A DNA stretch of 59,290 nt, filler included, from Sphacelaria rigidula (Eukaryota), in the NCBI GenBank assembly GCA_964200075.2. It is 5 parts of 5 records of this genome, joined end to end, with 100 filler letters (N's around TTAATTAATTAA, not from the genome) between each part and the next. Parts side by side here need not be neighbours in the genome. Positions count along the whole stretch, not along the records: positions 1 to 11,779 come from CAXNAA020004515.1; 4 more parts are not named here. One strand, given 5' to 3'. How positions within the stretch are numbered: position 1 is the first letter of the stretch; every line of letters begins with the position of its first letter. Positions 1-11,180 of this stretch are shown here, piece by piece. The position numbers were made by a program, and so were the translations under genes. Below the pieces are notes generated by a model. That model had not been told where the DNA came from. It made no database searches and saw nothing but the letters and a program-made list of their open reading frames with translations.

Positions 1-952
1 GGGAGAGGTTGGAAACAGTACAGATGGCAGCAGCTAAGAAAATACTTGGATGCTCGAAAACTACGAGTGGTACAGTTTTGAGAGCAGAGTTGGGAATGTA
101 CTCACTAAAAACAGAGACATCACGAAATTGCGATGGCAATATCGCGTAAAGAACATGCAGAGAAAGAGGTTGCCAGGCATAGTTGATGGGGATGTATGGA
201 AGAAAAGTGCGATAGGGCAGGCTGGAGTAAGGTGGGATAGAGGACTCGAGAAAATATGGAAGGAGATAGGACAAAACCAAGACGAAATGCTGTCCATAGA
301 TGAAGACGCGGGGTAAAAGACGAAAGCAAGAGATATGATCGAAATGAGCGGAAGAGGAGCGCTCAGACGCGAGGTAGACGAGGAAGAACACCTGGAGATG
401 TACGGGTGGTTGAGAGGGGATAGGGATGAAAGCATATTCGCATGGCCCAATGGACGCTGCGAAAAAGATGAAACTGCGATTTCGGGTAGGGGACCTGGAC
501 CTGCCAGAAGAAAGAGATATACCAGTCATCGAAAGGAGGAGGAAGTTGATAGACAGAACGGCTTCTGTGGCAAACGAATAGAGAGCAGAAGTCATGTAGT
601 GGCAGAATGTGAGCTATACAAGGAGGAACGGGACGTGCTAGAGCGGGAAATGCGGGACGTGAACGAGGGTGGCATGATATCGTTTGATGCACTAGACAGT
701 AGGGAGAAAACGATGGCTATACTAGGAGATAGGTGGTGGCCATAGACGGCAAAACAGAACGGGGATAAGATATGTGAAAAGTTTTTGTGTAATGTACGGA
801 AGAAACGTCATGAGCTGTGGAAGAAACGTCATGAGCGCCGGAATGTTAGAGATGTCTCTATTAGGAGTAGGAACGGTGCTCCGTCTCGAAAGTAATGCGT
901 GGTCGATGGTCACACGACTAAGGCAAGCAACAAATGAGTACGCCCCCCCCCC
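1..952 (+). mobile_element. 3' portion of a decayed LINE-like (non-LTR) retroelement ending in a C-rich tail
   Basis: Frameshifted peptide KMKLRFRVGDLDLPE...CGKRIESRSHVVAECELYKEERDVLE resembles the Cys/His C-terminal region of LINE ORF2. It ends GCAACAAATGAGTACG-poly(C). Homologous copies lie at about 11975-12560 (-) and 55960-56662 (+). No RT core is visible. Confidence 0.6.
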
Positions 953-1029
953 GAACTGAGGAGCCTGATCCGGCGAAACCCCGGCGTGCTCTGTCCCGGC
1001 TATGTAGGGGCGGACCCCCTTTATGGGCT

Positions 1030-1256
1030 TGACGTCGGTTGGCAACGGCGCTGTAAAACACGCCACTCACTGCGTCAGCTAAGCAACCAGGTGATTATCG
1101 TTTTGTTTGCGCGCTTACGTTTATTTTGCGGTAACGGAGATGGTGGTCGAGCTACATCATATTGTGCGGGGTGGGAGAACCTCAACTCCGCGCAAAGGAG
1201 ATCAATGGTCGTGATACGCAGTGTTTCTACGGTAAGATGCCCATGAGGCAGTGTAC
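1030..1256 (+). repeat. dispersed repeat following the LINE-like tail
   Basis: GTCGGTTGGCAACGGCGCTGTAAAACACGCCACTC...CCCATGAGGCAGTGT recurs at about 56675-56898 in the same context. Confidence 0.7.
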
Positions 1257-1328
1257 AGAGCGCGACAAATGTTAGGAATTTCGTGGTTCAGAATTTCAGG
1301 CTCGTTTTTTGAAAAAATAAAGAATTTA

Positions 1329-1588
1329 CCAGGGGTATACACGTTACACGTTCACGTTCACGTTCACGATACGTTCATCACGTGAAAAACAACTGACGTT
1401 CACGCTACGCAACGTATGGCACGTAAAAACAATTTAACGTTGCGTTAACGTTTTATTTGAAAAGTTCACGTTCGGTTCACGTTACGTTCACCACGCCAAA
1501 AGAAAGAACGTCCACGTTACGTTTCGGCCAGAACATGACGTGAGCGTAACGTGTAACGCTGTGGCACGCGTAACGTGTATATCCCTGG
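1329..1588. mobile_element. MITE-like element with ACGT-rich interior, copy 1
   Basis: TIR CCAGGGGTATACACGTTAC / GTAACGTGTATATCCCTGG (1 mismatch in 19). The interior is built from CACGTT/TACGTT units. Confidence 0.75.
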
Positions 1589-1607
1589 TTTTCTCAGTGT
1601 AATAAAG

Positions 1608-1868
1608 CCAGGGGGATACACGTTACACGCTCACGTTCACGTTCACGTTCACGTTCATCACGTAAAAAGCATTTAACGTCCACGTTACCTCACGTATCGC
1701 ACGTTGAAACAATTAACGTTACGTTAACGTTTCCTTTGAAACTTTAACGTTACGTTCACCTTACGTTCATCACGTAAAACGTCCTCCACGTTCACGTTAC
1801 GTTCCGGCCGAAACGTAACATGAACGTAACGTGTAACGCTGTGGCACGCGTAACGGGTATATCCTTGG
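1608..1868. mobile_element. MITE-like element with ACGT-rich interior, copy 2
   Basis: TIR CCAGGGGGATACACGTTAC / GTAACGGGTATATCCTTGG. Co-linear with 1329-1588. Confidence 0.75.
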
Positions 1869-2373
1869 AATTCACGCGTAAGCATTTGTGCCGAACTCAA
1901 GGGTAAAGCATTTTTTTTCAACCCGAAAGTGCAAGGGGGTCGGCAGGTAAGAATCTGCAAGAGTGCATGACACCTTAGGATAATAAGAAACTACCTCCAC
2001 AACCACCACGGCTACATGAGGCCCCTAAGCAAGCTGCCTCCTCCGTTAAACTGGCGAACACCATTGACCTCTCTATTGGGACACACCCCATAGATAATGA
2101 TAATCTGTACAAAACTCGTCCAGTACTGTACTGTATTTGTTCCGATTATGTCTTTCGGAACAAAACTGGTTTACGTACTGCTTACTGCTGGCGCACGGTA
2201 CAGTGCTGTGCCTGCAGTCCCTTTTGGCAGGGGATAAGAGTAGGGGGGCACCTTGGACTTCCCCTACTCCCATCTGTGCCTGTGCAAAACATTTTCTTCA
2301 AAATTATGCATTTGGCGTCTTGCACCTCTTCAAACAGTGAGAATTTGTATATAAGCGTTTTCTGCCGAGATAA

Positions 2374-2846
2374 GGCCGCTCCTTATAACGGACAAGAATA
2401 AACAACTGGAGAAGTGCCTTATTGGTGCTTCTACGCCGTTTTACGCCCTGCAAGAGAACTAGGCGGAGTTTGACACCTTGGAATGACTTGCTCTACTATA
2501 ATAGTTGAGGCGGTTCCAGGACATCTTCCCGTTTCCCGGTGGCCGCAGTTTTTATTTCGGCCAAACAAGAACCCTTGTCCAAGAACGGCCAAGTCTAGAC
2601 AAAATGGCGACGTTTTCTAGATTTGATCGTTCTTGACCGTTCTTGGGAAAAAAATCTTGTTCGGCCAAAATAAAAACTGCGGCAACCGGAGAACGGGAAG
2701 ATGTCGTGGAACCGCCTCAACGAGTCGAGCAAGTCATTCCCAGGCGTCAAACTCCGCCTAGCTCTCTTGTAGGGCGTAAAACGGCGTAGGAGCTCCGAAA
2801 AAGCACTTCCCCAGATCTGTATTTTTGTCTGTTATAAGGAGCGGCC
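2374..2846. mobile_element. foldback MITE, PIF/Harbinger-like
   Basis: Almost entirely an imperfect inverted repeat with termini GGCCGCTCCTTATAAC / GTTATAAGGAGCGGCC. Flanks are TAA and TCA, resembling a 3-bp TWA TSD. Confidence 0.7.
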
Positions 2847-2921
2847 TCAGAGAGAAAATAAGACGCCGAGCCTCGCGCTCCAAATAAGAGTTTCTCAACA
2901 TCTGTCGCGCTCTGTATAAGA

Positions 2922-3195
2922 CGTGGCTGTCTCTGGAAGTGGTGATACCAGAAGTTGAAGCAGCTCACTGGAGACTGTCATCTCTATGAAGATAATCAGC
3001 ACGCTTCGGGACCAAACAAACTTAGGAGGATGCAGCCCACCGTTCATGCGACTCGCCTAACACACCACGGCGCTTCGCGCTTGGCGATGGATTGCGAACC
3101 TGGTCCGGCGAAAACCCGCGGCGTGCTCCGTCCCTGCTCCTTAGGGATGGGAGGTCAGTGGTCATATGACTCTGACATGCAAGATCATGAGTATA
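2922..3195 (+). mobile_element. SINE-like repeat (GTGGCTGTCTCTGGAAG head, ATGAGT tail)
   Basis: Near full-length homologs at 56903-57190 and 57384-57665. 3' fragments at about 964-1010, 11880-11952 (-) and 26399-26472. Confidence 0.65.
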
Positions 3196-3500
3196 TCCCT
3201 ATTCGATGATAGCGTGGTTGCGATTTCCGGGTTGTCTGTCTTTATTAGATGCCCTTTAATACCTCGAACCGGTAATGTATAGCTTTCAACAGTCATTTTC
3301 CAATGAAAGGATGGTGAACGTCGAAGAAGGCACCTCGGATTTGGCGACTCCATCAATTTCCGGTCGGAGTACATCATCACCCACCGGAAGAACAAGACAT
3401 GCGCATCACCCGACAACGAGGGAGTATGAGCATCTTCTGCGAAGCGCACCTGCTCTGCAATGAGAGAGTTCAACCCTCCGACAACTCATGAACGTGAGTA

Positions 3501-3930
3501 TGTTCAGTATAGTTGGTCGACGAACAGAAGAAGCCAGAAGCATGAGCGGGGAAATTGTGGGGTATTCGGTTGTTCTCGCAAGGTTACTGAGAACGTTCCT
3601 TGTGATTGGAGGAAGGTAAGTTGTTCCCAGTTCCTATATTCTGGGAAGTGTATCGCGGATCTTGCGATGCTGTAGATTTTGGATCGTAGGCTGTCGTGAC
3701 AGGGTAGTGCTCTACGCCCAACTCCCTCACTTGTCTCCCTCATCTCTCTTCACCCAACTTCCCACGTGTGGGTAGTAATAATAAAAAAAACTTACGACAC
3801 ATCATTTTCTTCTTCCCAGTTAGTGCAAGCAGGCAGTAAGCTGTTTGAGCACACAGCAAGGGGCTATTGTTGCTGCAAGGCCATCTGATCAACACGATCA
3901 TTCGAATACGTTCACGTATAACTTCGAACT
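3501..3930 (+). repeat. copia 5' LTR (3' boundary approximate)
   Basis: Starts TG and its first ~170 bp match 8949-9120. It is followed by TGG at about 3931 and the gag ATG at 3948. Confidence 0.7.
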
Positions 3931-3947
3931 TGGATCGTTGCTCTGAG

Positions 3948-6900
3948 ATGGCTGATCAAGACAGCGCAGTGGAAGAATTGAAAGGTCCCTCAGTGGAGAT
4001 CAACCATCGTATCTCGATGGTACTACAGGGGTGGAGCAGGTAGGGTCGACTTCCGGTCGTGGGAGGTGGAGTCACCACCGATAGCCTGCTGCCAGCGGTC
4101 GGTGAGGTTGGGATGGCAAGAGGTAGCACTTTCACGCTGAGTCCTAGGGAAATAAGCAGCATCAAAACTGCTGTTCACAAGTCAGCAGGAAGTGTTGATT
4201 TAGTTTTATGGATAAAACGATTTAAAGGTTTCGCGTTGTCCAACGATTGTATGCCGGCCTTCAGTACGACTATTGAAATGCCCGTAGGTGATCCCTCAAG
4301 TCAGTTCACAGTTTTGGGTCGACCAAGGGTTAAGTGAGACAAGCATAAGATGTGCACGTATTGCTTGGACATGTTTAACAGAGAGTATCACGGACCGTGA
4401 ATTATTAAGTAGGGTGTTTGACACGAAATACACGACTGCAGGATAGCGCTTTTTAGATCAATGGTTTCTCCCGAGAACTCTCTCGGAAAAATCGAAGTGG
4501 AAACGCCTTTTCAACGAGTTACGGATGGAAAGGGAAGACGACCCGATGAAGTTTTTCGCGCGCGTGGACACGATTTCGGGTGTACTAGTACCACTAGGGG
4601 TACATATGCCTGTAGAAGATGATAACCCCAAGATAGTTGAGGTACTCACAAGTGACTACGAGTACTAACAGCGTACAATCTTGTACAGAGACGACATAAC
4701 CCGGGCAGAGACAGAGGCTATCTTACGACAGAGATACACGTTGATGTCAAGGAATGGTACGAAGGACCGTGACGTCGGACAAGCTCTCGTTACGAGCAGT
4801 CCACCCGCTGAAATCGCAATCAAGATGGCGCCAAGGGTGGTGCCAAAGGTGGTAAGGGTGTTTCCGGTGGTACTGCAGCAGATAAGAACGATCAAAATAG
4901 CAGCATCAAAAACGTATACAAGAAGTACGACGACATGCGAAACAAGTGTCATCGTTGCTTGGAGCCCGGACATCGGTGGTTTGTTCGACTGTACCGCACG
5001 CGTCATCCCAGCCCCGAAGAAATCATAGGACGGCTCTGGTGATATCGTAGCGTGTTTGTCGATTGGTATGCAACAGAGTAAGGAGGATACGGTGGGAGTG
5101 CGTGATAGCAGTAATGATGGTATTGACAGGTGGACAGCTGATAGTGGAGCAACATTTCATACGACTATACCAGCTGGAATGCTCCGTGATGTGCAGCCAT
5201 TTGAAGACAAAGTTAAGATCGGTAATAATACCCTCATCGACGTTGAGTGTTATGGGTCATTGACTGTAGTTTTCCCCAACAAGGCTGGGGGAGGAACAGT
5301 AAGGCTTGAGAAGGTCACATACGCACCGGATTAAGCTTTCAATCTATTCTCACTAGTGGCTGCGCACACACGAGGAGTAGGCTCCTCGACTGATGGCTCC
5401 GACAAGAGTGTGACCCTACTGGATGGGTGTTTTAGGTTTTGGAGTGATAGGTCTGGATACTCAACGTATGGTAAAATGATTGATTCCGATGATGACTACA
5501 TCCCTTTTACCTTGTTGATTCCCGAGTCTGTTGAAAATTCAGTGCAACCCGACCCCCCTGTTCCCCCGGCGTTCTCTGTTATAGCCCCCGGTAGTGCTGA
5601 CTCACGCGAGACTGCGGTAGACATCAACGTTTTTCACTGCGTACAGGGACATGCAAATGAATTTCTATTGAGAGAGACAGCAAAATCGCTAGGTATAATG
5701 TTACTGCGTAAGTTGAAACCGTGTACAGGATATTATATGGCAAAGGGGTACAGGGAACCAATCGCAAACAGCACAAAATCTCGTGCTTCGCAGAAGCTAG
5801 GAAGAGTTTTTGTTGATCTTAGCCGTCCCAAGGGAACTCCTTCGTTCCTTGGGAAAAAGTACGTAATGACAGTGAAGGACAATTTTACCCGGTACGCATG
5901 AGTGTATTTTCTCGAGCGTAAGTCTGGTACCGCTGATGTTTTCAGGAGGTCTTTGGTTGATGAACGTGCGGATGGTATACCTTCGGAAGTGATAATAGTT
6001 AAGTCTGACGACGGAGGGGGAGTTCTTCGGTGGTGATTTTGAAGGGGTGTGTAGGCACTACTGTATCAAGCAGGAATTCACCAGCGCGAAGTGTCCGGAA
6101 CTGAACGGTGTTGCCGAGAGAGCTCGAGGTATTATTCAAGACGCCGCACTTGCTGCTCGCATCCAAGCTCCCATCCTCTTTCCACATGTCAAGCTGCCAC
6201 CATCGGAGATCCTCTGGGCTGAGGCGATATATTGGGCGTGTGACGCCCTCAATCACACCGCGACGACGTCCAACCCAGGTAACAAGTACGAGATGTGGTA
6301 CGGTAAGGCAGCACCTGCATCACCACACCCGTTTCTTCGTCCGGGATATTGCCGCTGGAACCGACCGTCGAAGTCGTTCCCCAAGTGCAAGAGTAGCTTC
6401 TACCTCGGGCCCGGCATCGACCACCCCCGCGATTCATTGCGGATGCGGACGCGGGCCAACAAAGTAGGGGAGACAAGGGACGTCACCTGGGGGGCGACGC
6501 CGGTCATGGTGGTGCCGCCGGTACAGCTGCAGCAGTCTTCGCCGAAGCTGGCAGGACCGTCGGAGCTGGGAGGGACGTCACAGCCGGGAGGGACATCGGA
6601 GCTGGGAGAGACTCCAGAGCCGGGAGGGCTAGATGATCTCGACTCTGCTCCACCGACTCCATTACCGCTACTGGGGAGAGGAATTCCCCATCAGCGTCGA
6701 GTGACATTTCCAGCGAAGAGCGCAGACCATGGTGGTGAAGGTGAGCGGGGTTCTCTTGGCGATGAAAATCAGCCGGTCCCCGATAACGCAACTGATTCTT
6801 CAGGTGTTTATTCACCATCGGTGAGTAGTGAGCCGTCTGTCGACGGCGACCTCTCAGTGGGGGAGAGAGACTCGTCTTCATCGGACGAAAGTGTTTTAGT

Positions 6901-8800
6901 TCCAACCGGCAGAGCGGACTGCGGCGCGGCAACTCGAGTCAAATCTGGTGGATCTGGAAATGGTGAGGAACTTGGACGAATCAGAGCGCAGACGCGAGCG
7001 CTCAATCAAGAAGCATCTGGGCTCGTGACCATGTTAGGGCCCGATGAAGGGGGCATAATAATCCATGACCTGCTGGTGGTACAGGAGGTTACCCGTAAGG
7101 CGGACGAGCTCCCTGAATGTCTAATCAAGGAAGCGGGGCCGAAGCCGTTGTTATACCCTGCGACATGTCCATCACAATACTCGGATGTGTACATAAAGGC
7201 GATGAGGATAGAGTTCGATGGGGGCGTACGGCTGCCGGAACGTTCGCGGACGTGGCTGACATTCCAGAAGGGTGAAACATTGTGGGCGCGAGGTGGGTGC
7301 ATAAGTGGAAGAGTGATTTGCATGGAAATTTTGGCCGGGCGAACGCCCGTATGGTAGCCGTGGGGTATAGTCAGGTAGAGGTAGTAGACTACTTCGACAC
7401 ATATGCCTCTACGGCATCTGCTACGTCAAACAGGTTGGTGGCGGCTATGGCCTGTAAGCTAGACTGGGATTTGAGGCACTCGGATGTAGACTAGGCCTCC
7501 ATTCAATCGAAGTTGGACACCGATATCTGCTTGCGCCTGCCCCCCGATTGTGGATCCGGATCTGGTAAGGTAGTCCGCCTTAACCCTTAGACCGCGAGAT
7601 TAGTCTTTCTGGATCATGCATACCTTTTTTTCATTTGAAATTGATGCCGATTCAACAGAAGACTAACCTCGCGGTCTAAGGGTTAAGAAAGCTTTGTGTA
7701 CGGCTTGAAGCAGAGTGGTTGTGCATGGTATCAACTATCGCCAACCCTGGTGGAGTGGAGTGTCGAGCAATCCTTGGTAGATCCCCGTGTGTTTCAACTG
7801 AGGGTTGCTGAAGACGTTGTGGCGATGATGGTGTTTCCTGTGGACGATATCATGATAGCAGCTGCTGACGACGTGACTAAGGTAATGGTCGGTGCACCCA
7901 ATCAGAGACTTCCCACTAAACATCTCGGGGAGGTAGAGTGGTACATGGGGAGTGAGTACAAAAGGGACCGGGAGGACGGTATTTTGGAGATTTCACAAAC
8001 TCAATTCAGTAAGAGTGTGCTAAATCGTGTTGAGGTCTCGAAGACCAGCCCCATTCCCGCTACCCCTGCTTTAGACCTCAGGCATGCGAGCGAGGGGAGA
8101 CCGTGGTGGATGTGTCTCTCCGTGAGATCGTGGGGAGTTTGATGTGGATAGCGAACCAGACGAGACCCGATATTGCGAACGCAGTTAGGGCAGTCGCTCG
8201 GTTCTCTCATGAACCCAAGCTGACTCACTACAAGGTGGCAAAGAAGATACTCGAGTATTTAAATGCTACATCGGACTTAGGTTTACTTCTCAAGAAGAGT
8301 GATGACTTGGGATGTATTCAGTTGGAGTTTGGTTTGGATACGTACGTTGACGCAGACTACGCCCATACGCAGAAGAACGAAGTTCCGTTTCCGGTGTAGC
8401 TATTTGCTGTGGAGGTACGCTAGTGTCTTTGTTTTCTAGTACGCAGAAGTGCTTCACCCTATCTACTACTGAGGCAGAGTATGTAGCAATGGCAGACAGT
8501 GTCAAGGAGTCCCTATATGTGAGGGGGATTCTGAAGTTCGTAATGCAAATTTTGAGGTCGAAAAGCATTGGCCTTTTTTAAAACAACAAGGGGGCGATAG
8601 ACTCAGCTGAAAACCCCTCAAGCCCGTCGACCAGCAAACACATTGATATACGGTACCATTTTTCTCGGGGAGTTGGTTGCTAGAGGTGACGTATCCGTTA
8701 AGTATCTTCAATCAGAAAAACAGCATGCGGAAGGACATTCCAACCAAAGCCATTGGTAGCGAGAGTTTCGAAAGGCACCGTGATTTCCTCCCGGTCAGGA
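3948..8800 (+). pseudogene. copia gag-pol pseudogene with many stops and frameshifts
   Basis: Motifs are spread over ORF fragments 4059-4337, 5056-5334, 5356-5901, 6047-7357, 7282-7494, 7696-8142 and 8103-8399. Confidence 0.9.
7584..7682. mobile_element. 99-bp piggyBac-like MITE inserted in copia RT
   Basis: TTAA|CCCTTAGACCGCGAG...CTCGCGGTCTAAGGG|TTAA has a perfect 15-bp TIR and a TTAA TSD. Excision restores the RT peptide GKVVRLKKAL. Confidence 0.92.
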
Positions 8801-8948
8801 TGTAGAATTCATTTACCCTCTTTTTTTTTGTTGTGGTGGACTCCATCATTTGAGATGAGCGATGATAGTAGGGAGTTCAATCTGGTGTAGTTTATTCGAC
8901 GGGAGTAAGGTCATGCTTGGGCTTGTTAGTCGATAGAGCTAGGGAGGG

Positions 8949-9120
8949 TGTTCAATATAGTTGGTCTACGAACAGAAGAGGCCCGAAGCATGAGCAGGGA
9001 AAATGCGGGGTATTCGATTGTTCTGGCAAGGTTACTGAGAACGTTCCTTGTGATTGGAGAAATGTAAATCGTTCTGAGTTCCTATATTATGGAAAGTGTA
9101 TCGCGGATCTTGCGACGCTG
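8949..9120 (+). repeat. copia 3' LTR, truncated
   Basis: Matches 3501-3672. Similarity stops after GATCTTGCGACGCTG. Confidence 0.85.
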
Positions 9121-9229
9121 GGTGTGTCTGTCACCACCAAATATAGCTGATGAGCGGACACCGTGCAATCATTCCGTACCAAACTTGGCCCTCTTAATTG
9201 TCGTCAGTTGTTGACTCTTTATCAGAGGT

Positions 9230-9410
9230 ATAGTAGTAGGCGCCTGAACTGCTCATTTAGTAATTTCTTCGTAATTGGCGATTTTCTTCGACTCTCCCGC
9301 TTGCCATCGCTGATCACATTGGTGATCTGAAGAGACTCGTATCCGCTTCACATTCCAAAGAAGGACCTCATCTGTACTCAATATTATTGAGTGACTTCTG
9401 AGCTGACCGG
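9230..9410 (+). repeat. dispersed repeat
   Basis: TTCGTAATTGGC...GATCTGAAG...CACATTCCAA...GTACTCAATATT...GAGTGACTT also occurs at about 11520-11706. Confidence 0.6.
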
Positions 9411-9546
9411 TCATCGGGGGTCCTGACACGTTTCAGCCCAGATTCTGACTCTTCGGTATTTCCGGTCGATCGAGCCTGTCCCGATCGTATTTGTGAAGAA
9501 ATCTACAAGTTTAGTTTTTGAAATGCTACCTACTCATTGCACTAGA

Positions 9547-9803
9547 GAGTGATGCTACGGTAGGGGTGCACAAGTATTTTCCGAGATCAAAATTCTTAGG
9601 AGCCCTTTATCTCATGGAAAACACAACCTATGAAAATATGTGAAAGTGCGCCAGGATTACTACTCCAATGAGCTGGGGATATCCCGAATTAATTTGCAAA
9701 CGAGGATGCCCTGACCCATATTTTTGTGCATCTAGAATCGTTAGGAGCCCCTGGACTAGACATAATTTCGCGAAAAAAGTGCACCCCTACCGTAGCATTG
9801 CTC
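9547..9803. mobile_element. MITE with GAG..CTC termini and 4-bp TSD (Sola2-like)
   Basis: TAGA|GAGTGATGCTACGGTAGGGGTGCAC...GTGCACCCCTACCGTAGCATTGCTC|TAGA. Confidence 0.85.
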
Positions 9804-10019
9804 TAGAGCCGAAAAACTGTGTTTCACGATCAATAGCACCCCCCCGATAAAAGGGATATCTAGTCGTACCGCCCGATAAAACCAACACTAGCTCAGTAGA
9901 GCTGAGGGTTTGTACGTAAACAACGGTTGATGCTCGATTTTACTTGACTTCAGACTGAACAAAGTTCTGAGAAAATTCATGGTCTGGGGCAGGTGAGCCG
10001 TGGTGAGCAGTAGACCCAG

Positions 10020-10200
10020 CTCGTCCAGGACGTGTTTTCGTCCAAAATCAACTCAAAGTGGTCGATTTGAGCTCTGGCAACGCACACTTTGCCTTGGGAA
10101 CACTCCGCACCCCCTTGCCCGAGGGTTCTCGGTATGCCTTGGTCGGGGTTAGGGTTAGCGTTAGCGTTAGGGTTGGCGGCATCTCCATAGTACCAACCAT
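10020..10200 (+). repeat. dispersed repeat containing telomere-like TTAGGG/TTAGCG units
   Basis: GGGTTAGGGTTAGCGTTAGCGTTAGGGTT near 10147-10175. A reverse-complement relative lies at about 44877-45030. Confidence 0.55.
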
Positions 10201-10724
10201 TGTTTACGTACAAATCCTCAGGTCGCCTCCACTAACTTGGGCATTGGGGGGGGAAGATGATCTGTTCACTTTACCAAAATCTACCGACGCTAGCACTTGC
10301 GGTTCTATCGAAGAATAGTCGCCAGAAAAAATCCTTCCCGGCAATAAATAGTTTAACCCTTAGACGACGAGCGTCGCCTCGGAACAGTTGAACAGGCTGA
10401 CAGTTCCGATACATCCGGGGGTTTCCAGAGCTCGGGGGGGGGGTCTATACGCGGAGCATCGGAGAAGCTGAAGGAGTCAACCATGTGTTTTTGGAAGTTT
10501 CCCGCGGAAAATTATGAGCCGTGCACGATGCCCGAGAGGCGCGGGATGACCATTCAGACCAATCACGGTCATCGAAATGAACACTTTTGTTACGGTAAAG
10601 GTAGACACCTTGTAGACACATTCGCTGTCTACCCTCATGACTCATTTTGGGGATACCAAATCATCTATAGATTATATAACCAAAAAGTAGGTGTTCGAGC
10701 ATCTTAGGTACACTGTATCTGTCT

Positions 10725-11180
10725 GTTAAGTACTGCATGAGCGACGTACTAGCTCCACACCTCCATTTGGTATCACAAGTCATGGCCCAACACGCGAGCA
10801 GCGGCCACGAGTACCCGACCCACGTAGGTGTAGACAAGTACCTCGACGGTGAGGCGACCGCCATCCCCGAGCAATTGTTCTACGGTAGTCAGGGGCGTTC
10901 GCGGCGGGAGTCATGGTACGATATCCAAACGCACGCTGCGAACATTCGGCACGTTCAACACTGTAAGATCCAGTACGCTGCAGATCGCACGTGCAGCCGC
11001 GGCACGATACACTACAGACTGCACAGCAAAATATGAGGCGTAATAATCAGTTGGTTGACAACCACACCACCGTCTGTGTTATGACGCAACGATGTGCCTT
11101 TTATACAATCCCGGCCCCTTCCGCCGTAGAGTAGGCGTTTTGAGTTGTGACAAAGAAGGAATGATTCTGAACCCCAAAAG
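10725..11180 (+). repeat. dispersed repeat (~400 bp)
   Basis: Reverse complement of about 36660-37015. Both encode the similar spurious peptide AQ.ASGHEYPT.V.VDKY. Confidence 0.8.

Larger units (their letters stand above)
3501..9120 (+). mobile_element. Ty1/copia LTR retrotransposon, degenerate
   Basis: Direct repeats start TGTTCA at 3501 and 8949 (about 170 bp alignable, roughly 90% identical by eye). A purine tract AGGGAGGG precedes the 3' LTR. Domain order is gag, CCHC knuckle, protease (WTADSGATFH), integrase (VFVDL, KSDDGGEF, ELNGVAER), RT (YGLKQSG, VFPVDD), RNase H (YVDADYA, STTEAEYVA, KHIDIRYHF). Confidence 0.95.

Noticed and set aside
1329..1868. CRISPR-like or iteron-like regularity
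   Set aside because: No constant repeat with unique spacers and no cas genes. It is explained by two TIR elements in a eukaryotic context.
9145..9175. CTGATGA hammerhead-like core (also about 44512)
   Set aside because: No properly placed GAAA or closing stems were found.
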